Origin: Dicyema japonicum
Taxonomy: Eukaryota; Animalia; Dicyemida
Length of the DNA: 64,000 bases
Direction of reading: 5' to 3'
NCBI GenBank assembly: GCA_011109175.1
Contig: RDEW01000026.1
Coordinates: 575,695 to 639,694, forward strand
Shown here: piece after piece, positions 11,261 through 21,793 of the stretch
Position numbering within the stretch: position 1 is the stretch's first letter
Layout of the letters: every line of letters begins with the position of its first letter
Position numbers and translations under genes: made by a program
Notes under the pieces: generated by a model
The model's database searches: none
What the model saw: the letters and a program-made list of their open reading frames with translations, nothing else
What the model was told of the DNA's origin: nothing

Positions 11261-11579
11261 AAAAATGATCATCGCAGAAAAAATCGACGTTTCGTTCCTC
11301 GCTAGATTGCAAAAAATCAACTGAAAAAATATCGAGTTTCACGTGCGTCGTTGCTTTTTAGCGTAGCCAAATGTCTCAGCTTCTTGAGGAAACAAAGCGA
11401 TTTCCCGATTATTTTTCTAGTTATCTCAATTACGATAACGTGTACAAATAGCTTCGTATTTTTTCTCCTTAGCTTTCATAGCTTTTTTATTGACATACAG
11501 TGTGTCTACTACGCTCCCGGCAATGTTGGATGGACAAAGGGGTTGATGCACGTGTATCATATACCAATGGAGTCTTACC

Positions 11580-11760
11580 GCGTGGCGCCATGTGGTGCTG
11601 CGTGGTTAATTGAGTGAAGTTTCTGCTTGCTTGTCTGTTCCTCCTCTCTTCCTAATAGAGTGGCGTCATGTGATCCACCTGTCTAGGTGACGCCCAGTGC
11701 CAGGATCATTTGCTCTTCCCCACTCCACTGGAGAGGTTTCCACAACTGCATGTAGTGGAC
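11580..11760 (+). mobile_element. Orphan 5' end(s) of the Ingi/Vingi-like family
   Basis: gtggcgtcatgtgatccacc (11660) aligns with gtggcgtcatgtggctcacc (7170-7189, minus); downstream ggatcatttgctcttcc resembles gagccattagctctcttcc. A second, degenerate head lies at 11581. Confidence 0.55.
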
Positions 11761-11909
11761 GTCTTATTTTTTATGCTGATTCCGGATGGACTCTTTCTGT
11801 AGAAGTGGAAACTAGATACATTTAATTAGTTTTTTTACTTTAACTTTTTTCTCGGTGTATCCGGTGGTAATAAATAAATAAAATAATAATAAAATAAATA
11901 AATAATAAT

Positions 11910-12250
11910 GGCTTTCCACCTCGAATGGAGAGATTGTAATTCCGTCCCTCTATCCAAGCCAACCGGTTCAAGGATGGAGGGGTATTCCAGAACTCGCTTA
12001 ACAATTCTTTTGATCGTCTTATGTCTTGGGAATCGTTCGCGCTTCTTCGGAAAGAAAGGGCATGATGTCCATAACAGTCGACGGTACCACCGCACCGGTA
12101 CTTGTAAGTCTGGCAAATTTCAGTCCCAGTCTGATGGAGATATCGGTGCAAAAAGTTTCATCGTCAAGGTGGATCCCGACGCTTCCGACCGGGAGCTGTT
12201 GATCCAATCGTCACTCCATTCGCATCTTCCTGTCACTGGACAGAAGCGTA
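11910..12250 (-). mobile_element. CRE-clade retrotransposon fragment (zinc knuckle / RLE region)
   Basis: LPVGSVGIHLDDETF..ISIRLG, CGGTVDCYGHHALS, RFPRH..IVKRVL..PSILEPVGLDR in shifted frames. Confidence 0.75.
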
Positions 12251-12658
12251 GGTGTTGGTTTGATTGGCTCAAAATCCTTCCATATTTATCAGGCAGAAGG
12301 TTGTTGATTCTTACAACCTACTCTAGAGTGTTTCTGGAGTCTACTCTACCGCTGAGAAAATTGTAAATTCTCTCTTCTCAGACAGTTTGACTTTCAGATT
12401 CAGAGTCCAATTCACAGTCTATGACTCTTAAAACTTTACTATTTGAACAACGACGAAAATTCTTAAGGGTGGTCAGCTTAAAAAACTGTCAACTATACGA
12501 TATTATTGTCAAATATCTCAAAAATCACACGAGATACGCTACTCAATAAACTAATTTGTAATTAAGACAAAAACAACTAATAAACAGTTTTTATAATTTT
12601 ATTTAGTATTAATTTAAAAAAGTAGTTAGATTGTAAGCGGCTAAATTTGATAAAGCTC

Positions 12659-15097
12659 ATGTGTGCCACTTTTAGATACGACTCCGACACCTCAATCAAG
12701 CTCAAACTCGACTTACAAGAGTCTAAAAACTCAATAGATTCGCAGTTAGCCAAGGTAAGGCAATTCGTCTACGCTGTGTTCGATGGAAGCAACAAGCCCT
12801 CAATCTGGACTATTTATAAGGTATTATAATACATTAGTTGAGTCTATCAACATCATCCTCGAGAGATCTGACGGAAGGTGTCTCGGTGATGTCATCAATG
12901 ACTTGTTGGACAACAAAATCAACGATTTTCACTCTGAATTGGATTCCGAACCAGAAAATGAGCGATTTTTGAGAAAAATTTGCGACTATTGGGCTTTCTA
13001 CGACGGAAAAATCGTTTATACCTATTTAACCATAGAAATTCCTTAGCCTCGTCTTCATTAACTACGACAGAGTCTCCGGTCTAAAGACCGTCTCCGAATA
13101 CGCCCAGGACCATTTCATACGTCATCTTCTTTTCCCTGAAAGGATGAAAATTGGTTTTCTGCGCTCCCTTAATGACCTGCTGCGTGAAGAACGGAACGGA
13201 GGAGTCCCGAATACAGTGACCCGAGATGCCGTACACTTGCTCACAGTACTGGGGGTTAGTTTTCTTATCAAGTAATAGTTGGAGGAGAGCTATGCCTTTG
13301 AAGCTATCTGCGAGGAAATGACGAATTACTTTCAGTCTAAGACTTGTGATTTTACGGTAAAGTAGTTTTCCTGATCGAGGACAGGTGAGATGTTCGACCA
13401 TATCGAGAAGAGGATCATGGAAGAAGAATCCCGTTTCCAAATGTTCCGTGATATAAGGCCGCGGTGGATTTTGTTGTTATTCCAGACTAGTGGCACGCGT
13501 GCACTCTCTGGTGTTTTTCCAGCGCGTTGAAGAGCTCCTTGGAGACCGTATACAATAATTTGATTTTTGTAGGACTTGCGAATGTACTCAACGCCGGAGA
13601 CTGGGAGATGCTGGGACGATTCCGTGATTTCTTTATTAATTACGGAATTCAGGAAAGATTGATCAACCAGATATGCCGTTATTTTGGAGTTTCAGTTATT
13701 TTTACTAAAGAAATGGTTTGATGACGTCGTTTCTAGCTCTCCTGAGTCCATTTTGATTACCCTTCTCGCAGGTAGAAGGATATTTTACCACAGAGACGAT
13801 AACCAAGGCCTTAACTATGATAACCCACGTGTTTGAGGACCATGGAGACATCCTCAAAAGCATCCATCTATCAGTGGAGAACTCCTTAGTTCCCATCCAC
13901 AAATCAATACCATCAATGTTGAACAACCACATCCGATGTCTCCTCACTTCTGGGATCGTCCCTGACCTTAGTTCCCGACTGGACGACTGTATCTATATAA
14001 GTACTTGTCTTCGAGGTAGCAGTTGTTTCCACGTAGGCTCCTTTGACCAATTCATGAGCTTATTCATTTACGAGACCAGCTTCAGATTGGTCTATTCTGA
14101 ATACCGATCCCTTGAAGATGAGGCATTGATGTTGGCCAAATTAAGGCAAGGTGCTTAATTGATTTATTCTAGAGATCGGTCCTTTTCGCATGGATGCGCT
14201 CGACAAGATTCTCTCGAACTACAAAGTCGCTATTGGGAAGACAAAGGACTACTACGCCCACATGGGTGGTTTTTTATTTGTTATTAATAGAGGATCCCTC
14301 TCTTGAGTTTCTGTTCCGTCCCCTGGCGATGTCCGTGAACATTTCCGCGTCGGCTCCGTGGATAAAACCGGAGATTGTACATGTGCGTATTCCGGAAAAG
14401 GTTGAGTACTAACTTAGCCTAGTTATCGCGCTTAAAGGACAGTTTTGAGCGGTTTTTTTCCGAGAAAAATGAATTTTGTGAGCTCTCATGGATAAACGCG
14501 ATTGATAGATGCACTTTAGGAGTGTTTCTTAAGGTGAACGTATCGGTAATTATAGGGCGGAGTGAGGGATGTCGAAATGACCTTATTGCAGGCTGTGGTG
14601 TTACTTCTTTTCGACGGTGAAGATCGGCTCAGTTTCGCGGAAATTCAAGAAAAAACGGAAATCCGTAATTTCGTGCTTATTTCAAGATCCTGACATATTG
14701 GAAAGGGTCCTGAGTAGCATCACATGCACGGGACTGTTACTTGAGGACGACGGGTACCTCTTTAATCCACTCTGTGAGTGTCCCCTTGTCTATATACTGC
14801 CCCCATTGGATTCGCAGGTTACTCGAGAAGTTGTGAAATCCACGGAAATGACGGTTAAGAACCGACAGGAGATTGTGGGAGGTGCCATGATGAGCGTTTT
14901 GAAGGAAATGAGGACTGCGACGATGAATGAACTGAAGGAGAGGGTTGTTGAGAGGCTTAAGTTCTCCATGGAGGTTGATGGAGATGTGATGATAGAGCAA
15001 CGATTTAAAGGAGGTGATTGATGAATTGGTAGGTAGGGGATATATGGAGAGGCACCCTGACTTAATTGATGTGTATAAGTATAAGAGTTTTTCCTGA
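12659..15097 (+). CDS. Divergent full-length cullin (about 696 aa), 16 exons separated by 15 micro-introns
   Basis: Exons 12659-12820, 12843-13013, 13036-13254, 13279-13356, 13390-13463, 13486-13547, 13573-13688, 13711-13771, 13794-14015, 14037-14150, 14173-14265, 14291-14400, 14423-14533, 14556-14664, 14687-14973, 14996-15097 total 2091 nt (697 codons including TGA) with no internal stop. Spliced peptides align to cullins: FLSLVFINYDRV, LREERNG, HIEKRIMEEESR, DQFMSLFIYETSFRLV..EDEALMLAKLRQEIG, MSVNISASAPW, FERFFSEK..LSW, MTLLQAVVLLLFD..LSFAEIQEKT, NRQEIVGGAMMSVLKEMR, LKEVIDELVGRGYMER..DVYKY. Start codon and intron 4 boundaries are uncertain; subfamily not assignable. Confidence 0.9.
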
Positions 15098-15989
15098 GTT
15101 ATAATTTTTGAGTATTTTGGTGTTTTTTTATTTATTTAATAATATCGCAAATAAAAACCAAAACATATAAATTAACTTATGGTACTTATTGCGAGTTTCA
15201 AATTTCTATCACTATTATCAATAATCATTTTCGACAGAAAGTACATTTAAGAGATCGCCGACCTAATGGAAAACGTATATTTTGAATTCTCTGTTGTTCA
15301 ATATACTGATAGTTGATTTCCTGTCTGCTAGGTAACTAAATACAATATGTAATGTATGATGACGTACTACTGTCTCCCATATCGAGTAAAATCTCGGAGA
15401 AGAGGCTAATTGTACAGTGCTTAGCATAGTATATTGTACACTTAATTTCTCAATTATTTAAGGGAAATAGTTTCATTTTTTTATTTATTCCGACTTTATT
15501 TTATATATAGAGCTTCAATGAGTTTTTTGCTATCATTAAATTCCTAATTGCGGAACAAACAGGAATTTTTTTATTTTTACTGATCAATGAAAATCGTACA
15601 TTTGAATTTTCAACATTTTGTGTGTCCACCATGTGCCGAATATACGTACAAACGCGTTTTTTCATTGAATTAATGAGTTTCTCTGTTAAACTTTGTGGGA
15701 ATCAAGGTGTTTTTGAAAATTCAAAGATGCGATGGCAACATCTTGATGGCATGAAGCAATCAGTGTCATCAGGATATGAAAGGATAGTCTATTCTAGTTA
15801 GCCGCCAAGCTTGATAAAAGTAAATTGAATAAGGTCAGAGAAAGAACCGAACCACGGAACTCTATTAGGTAAGATCTACAGCATGAGTATGTGTACATGA
15901 TAATGGAATGTTAAGAGGATCAGAAAAAAATGAAAGTAGCCAGATTTCTATCTAATCCAGTTCTCTGTGTTGAGGATCTTCATTCTCAA

Positions 15990-16300
15990 AATATTTCTTG
16001 TTCTGTCAAGACCTTGTCAATTGAGCAACAATTGTTCGCTCGGTTTGATAAAATACAGTAAAATTCGTTCCGCAATTTTGTAAATAACTGGCAAGAAGGA
16101 AATAGAACGTTAAGAAGGGGAATCAGAATTGGTTAAAGCAAAAAAATTTTTCGGACCGTGATTTTTCAGGTAATGTACGACAAGACCGTTGGACCTCTTG
16201 TATATGAGTTTCGAGAGTAACGACAAATTGCTTAATTAAGGATTGTCAAATAGTGAACCAGTCCACTGACTTTTGAGCATTTGGTCTCTTACAAAAAAGG
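15990..16300 (-). mobile_element. Decayed LINE RT fragment
   Basis: SPS*RSISFLPVIYKIAERIL resembles the RT motif (NYRPISLLPV.SKI.ERI). Confidence 0.4.
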
Positions 16301-16521
16301 CCTTTGGGTAGGAAGAAGGCTAATGTTTGCATATTGACATATCAGTAAGCTAGCTTGGTCTCGGAAGGATATCATACGTTTTCTGTTAGAGACAAGTAGT
16401 ATGACAGATTAATGGAGACGTGTGTACTGAGTGAATCTTTCTAAGGGTTTTCCAGAAAAAACGGATGCCAGAATATTTAATTTATTTTATTAACCCCAAA
16501 TAAATAAATTAATATATTTTT

Positions 16522-18548
16522 GGTTGAGGTGGTGACGTCCCTCTATAGCACATATGTTTTTCTCACGTCTAATATCTAACTGCCCTTTTTCTGTGGGTAC
16601 CCTGAATGTAAGAGGACTCAATCCAACATACAAGAAGCTTCAGCTGTCACGTGATTTGGATCACTATAAGGTATCAGTATGCTGCCTACAGGAAACAAAA
16701 ATAACTGACGACACATGCATGCGGGTGGGAAATTATCATTTGATTACCCTTCCAACAACGTGTCGTCACTATGGACTTGGATTTGCTATTCATCACATTG
16801 TATAGTCGTATATCTCGGATGTGGTCGTTACAGACAGGATTGCGGTACTGCAAATCCGGTGGGGAAGCAAACCAAACTCTACAGTGACAATCATCAAACA
16901 TATACGCCCCGACTGGAATTAGGGGCATCTGCCAATCCAGAAGAACTAGACGAATTCTACTCCGCCTTCATAAGGGTTTACAACACTCTCAATTCTTCAT
17001 ATTTTTGCTTAATTGCCGGGGACTGGAATGCCAAAGCAGGAAAAGCCAGATCTGGAGAAACTTGTATCGGATCTCATGGAAGAAATCGGCGAAACACGCC
17101 CGGAATGGCATTAATCCACTTTTGCACTTCCTTGGATCTGTTTTTGTGCAATACGGCATTCCGTCACCCAGCGAGACACAAGACGAAAAGGACTGGAACT
17201 AGGAAGGATTTGCAAGGAAATTACATAAAAATATATAATCAAATTGACTACATACTATGCAGACGAGGTCACAAACATCTCCTCGTAGACTCCAGGTCAT
17301 ATGGAGGATTAGAGACATATAGTGATCATAAAATTGTGGTTACTCGCATTGGACTATACAAAGTCCATAACCAAATGAAAACACCTTCCAATAAAAAGCA
17401 GGAGCAATATGATATCCAATTATTACATGACAAGTCAACTCAACAGAAATATGCGTATCAACTAAATCTTGAACTTAATGATGTCGACGAAACTAAACCT
17501 GTTCATATTATTTGGGACAAAGTCACAAAGTCGATAAAAGGTACAGCATGTGATGTGTTGGGAAGTATTACAAAACCCCGTAAATTTTACAATCATGATA
17601 TTTGCGTCCTATCAGAAAACCAGAAAGCCTTGAGATTGAAGATAGAAAACTCAAGGTCTCCAGAAAAGGCCAAGGAACTTCGGCAACAACGAAACTGAAC
17701 ATTATTAAAAATCAAGCAAATTCAGAAATCCCTAACGGCTAAAGAAATAGAAAAACAAATTGAAGACATTGAAAAATATAAAGATGGAGTAAAATGTTAA
17801 AAGATATTCAATTAATTAATAAGAAAAAGAGTGCCCCATAATAATCAATGACATCCTTGGCAGAATAATTATCGATGAAAAGGACAAAGCAGCTACTATA
17901 TCTGCTTATTACTATCATATGCTCAACTGGGACAACGAAATAGGCTATAAATTTGGTGCACAAGTCAAGCATGGTTTGGACATCCCAATAAACACACAAG
18001 AAACACTGGATGCAATTAAAAAATTGAAAAATGACAGATCGGCAGGACCAGATGTAATAGTAGGAACTTATAAAGTATGCCCAGTGAAGTTGGTAACAAT
18101 CATTACCAATATACTCAACAAAATATTTGAAGAAAACACTACGTTAGACATTGGCAAGGGTTGGTTAATTCCACTGCAAAAACCGGGAAAACCCAAAGGG
18201 CCCCTTTCCAACCTAAGACCAATCATCCTACTAACTACACTGCGAAAAATTTTGTCAATTATTACTTTGGAAAGAATCAAAGACAAGGTGGAGTATTTTC
18301 TGTCACTAGGACAAAGTGGGTTCCGGTCAGGCAGATCCACTGCCGATGTCATTTGGACACACAGATGGTCAAGTCCTCTTTGCCAAAAAAATAAAAAGTG
18401 CATAGATGTTCTCGGAATAGATATGTCAAAAGCGTTTGACTCGGTTCATAGAGGCAAACTTCTTGAAGTACTCACAAGCTTCCTAACAACGGATGATGTC
18501 AAAATTATACAAAAACTACTGCAGAATACGCAACTAGCAACCAAACTC
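16522..18548 (+). mobile_element. RTE-like LINE, intact 5' head, APE + partial RT, 3' truncated
   Basis: Head TTTTTGGTTGAGGTGGTGACGT; GTLNVRGLN, CCLQETK, AGDWNAK, YNQIDYILCR, YSDHKIVV; GKPKGPLSNLRPIILL, QSGFRSGRSTAD, GIDMSKAFDSV. Confidence 0.9.
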
Positions 18549-18599
18549 ATTTTTTTATTTATTCCGACTTTTATAAACAGTTGATGTAGATAAGCCTGG

Positions 18600-18988
18600 A
18601 GCTTCCTATCTACCCTTAACTGTTTTAAATAACCTTTGTTGTCTTTTTTGCAATTCCTTCCATTTCATTAGTATTAGAATAACGAGAACCTTGGAACCAA
18701 GTATCTGCCCCATCTCATTTGCAAGAAAAACATACTTCTTTTTTCCACTTCCACAGTCTGCAAAAAGCATTTGAACGTAATGCCAAATTCTATGATAAGG
18801 GCTTGCCAAGACCATAATGCCGGTTTATTGTGCTTGACTAGCACCGAGGTTAATCGGACAGAATTTGCGAATTTGTGTTAATTTAAGCTATTACTTTTAA
18901 GGATACCAGTGACTTGGACCCTGGTGTTCTCTACTACAGATTGCACCTTTTGAGTCTGCAACTTTCTGTTGTGGTGAATACCATTATT
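18600..18988 (-). mobile_element. NeSL/R4-like RLE fragment (subfamily of 57545-58350)
   Basis: Reverse complement atggtattcaccacaacagaaagttgcagactcaaaaggtgcaatctgtagtagagaacacc matches 57981-58050; KKKYVFLANEMGQ matches KYDLLANEMGQ. Confidence 0.7.
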
Positions 18989-18989
18989 A

Positions 18990-21786
18990 TGTTCCTAGCC
19001 AAGGCTCTCATGTCCAGGTCGTCGGCATTTTTAAGATTTCTTTTGATATTGACCAGGTCTTTTTGTAAGACTATTGGCAGTGTTGTTCTTGGTCTTCCAC
19101 GATAGCGGCCTTCTTGGCTAACATAGTATGTTTCCATAGATATGTTCGGTGGGGATGTTAATTCCATCTCAGCACGTGTCCGAAAGCTTCCATCGGGATT
19201 CCAGTACTTCTAAGCTGATAGGTCTAGTCTGCATCTCTTATATAAAGCATTTAGATATTCTAGTTGGCCAAGTAGTTCCTGTTATTTTTCTCAGCTGAGT
19301 TCTGTGGAACTAGTCTAGTTTTTCCATATCCGCAGATGAGTCGCCCAAGTTCCAGCGTTATATAAAAGTACGGGTTTTTGAATGCGTCTATAATAGGATT
19401 CTCATTTTCGTGAGATACCTCTTTGATTGAGCCATAGAATTCTTTAGTCTATATAACGTAGCATTGGCTAGAGTTTTCCTACGTAAAATATCTTCGCTAT
19501 CTCCCAAAAGTGAACCGAGTTTCTTTACTTGTCGCCAATTCTCTTCTAGGACGTTACTCATCTTTCTTATCTCTGTGAGTTCTGTTTTCTCTCTGTTCAC
19601 AATAAGAAACTATTCCCTCTTTGTCTTCAGAAATTAGGTCTACATCGTCCGCGTAGATTACTTCTTCCGTCTTTCCTTGGTATAACGGTCTAAGTTCCCT
19701 CATAGCGGCTTCCAAATAAATTGTGAATAGTAGAGGAGAATGAGAGTCTCTTTGTGGAGTGCCCGTGTTTGTTTCAAATTTTTTAAATAGGTCTTTCCGA
19801 CTCTCGCAAGGAACTTAGTGTTAGAAAGTAGAATTCGGGTAATCCTTAGACTTTATTCATCAAGAAAGCCGCTCACTACCCCATTAATTTGTTCCTGTTA
19901 ACCGTATAAAAGCTCTTGATAGGTCAATTCACAGAATATTGGTGGCGTTACGGTATCTTTGATATGTTGAACACCTCCATCTGTGACTCTAGACCGCATC
20001 AGCTGTGGATCTCCCTTCTCGAAAACCACTTTGACTATCTGGTAGGTATTTGTAAGCAGATTCTTTTATTCGTTCGAGCACAATGTTTGCCAAGACTTTG
20101 CGTAATGAATTTAGTAGTTTGATGGGTCGCGAATTTTCGAACGGTCCTCTGTTTTTGTTGGTTTTTTGTATAGGGATTAGTTGAGTTAGTTGAAAACATT
20201 TCATTTAGTAGTGTAGCGATTTTTTAAAAAAGGTCAAGGCCGTATTTCAGTAATTCTGGGTTTATCGCATCTGGTCCGGGGCTTCTGTTATTCTTGAGTT
20301 TTCGGCAGGCCGTTTTGATTTCCTCGGACGTGATTGGTATCTCCAGGGACCTTCCATCAAATGGGTGGATTTCTATGTTTTTGATGTTGAAAAGCTTCTC
20401 AAAATGAGCCGCGATGGCTTTAGTTTGTTCATTAGTGTTCAGTATCAGCTTACCGTTCTCGTCTTTTATGGTTATTCGACTTCGGTTTGTTCGCCGCAGC
20501 AAACGGGGATCGACGTTCACCTGTGCGATGTCTTTCACTTTGTTTACTTCTTCTATACAGGAAGATATTAATTCTATGAAAAGCTTCTTGTTCAGACCCC
20601 TTATTTTTTTCTGACACGTTGCCTTTCGCCTTGAAGGACTTTTATCGTATTAGTTTCAGTGGCATTTGATTTTATCACATTTATTTCTTTTAGACTTCAT
20701 ACTCAGGGAACATCTGGATGAATAGCCTTCAGGTCCATTTTACTATTCTCCTTTTTACCAAGTCATGCTTCAGCATCTTCGCTGATGGACTTTTTTGTGC
20801 GTTTCCAGGCGTCTTCTAACGTGTATCCACTAATACGTCCTGCAATGAGTCTGAATGTATTGTTGACATATCTCAGTTGTCTCCGGTTGGGAATCAGCCT
20901 TTCAGACGCGTAGTCTCCTCTGATTTTTCTAATTCGTGATTTTTGCATTCATGTATTTGATGGCATGTTTTTTCATGGTGAAGGTCGCAATAACCATCTT
21001 GTGGTCGCTGACAGTCGTCGAGCCTTCATATGAACGTGCGTTTACTAGAAGGTGTTTGTCTTTAGCCCGGCATATGACATAATCTATTTGGTTGTATATT
21101 GGACCAGCTTTCCTCTGAGTTCCTTCGCTTCCCCATCCACGTAGTTTTGTGGCAGGCAGGATGCGTAAATGCAGTATTGCATAGGAAAAGGTTGTTTGCC
21201 ATACAAAAGTGACCAAGTATTGTCCCGGGTAAATTTCTTATTCCACGTCCATGTTCTCCCAAGAAAACATCATCCGGGTTATTCTTCAACCCAAATGCAA
21301 TGAGTATTAGTGATGACGACTCATATTCGTTGTACGTCCGTAACAGTGTTGAATAGAAGTCGTCTAGTTCTGTCGGATCTTTCACTACTCTCCCGCAGTG
21401 TGGCGCATAAACATTTAAAATTGTCAGAAAGCTCTTCGAAGGGGGAAGTCGTTTAGCCGGATTTGTATAACACAGATCCTGTCATTCACACTCCATAAAC
21501 AGTGGAGTGCACTTGTCAACTTTGAGTGGATGGCAAATCTAAGTCCATAATGTTTTGAGTCGCTCGGCTGACATATAATTCGATATTCGCCATAGTTCTC
21601 ATCAATGCTACAAATTACTTTCGTCTCTTCTAGGCACCCAATAGATAGGTCGTATCTCTCCAGATCGTCACAGAGAATTTTCCTCGACCAGGTCGTAGAT
21701 AATCATAGCATCCCTTTGTATCCATTGCTTTTTAGACAATATTATCAATTGAGATCTAATTAAGAAACTAGGCACGTCACCTCACC
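18990..21786 (-). mobile_element. RTE-like LINE, near full span but frameshifted and deleted; 5' head abuts the satellite
   Basis: Head T7-GGTGAGGTGACGTG (21771-21793); APE (YNQIDYVICR, VSDHKMV), RT (NNRSPGPDAINPELLKYG, QSGFREGRSTAD, GTPQRDSHSPL, YADDVD), tail GRPRTTLPIVLQKDL. Confidence 0.9.
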
Positions 21787-21793
21787 AAAAAAA

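Noticed and set aside
12659-15097. Ciliate origin (tiny introns, both host genes end in TGA)
   Set aside because: No in-frame TAA/TAG in 696 spliced codons, TE ORFs stop at TAA, and the gene and TE set is metazoan-like.
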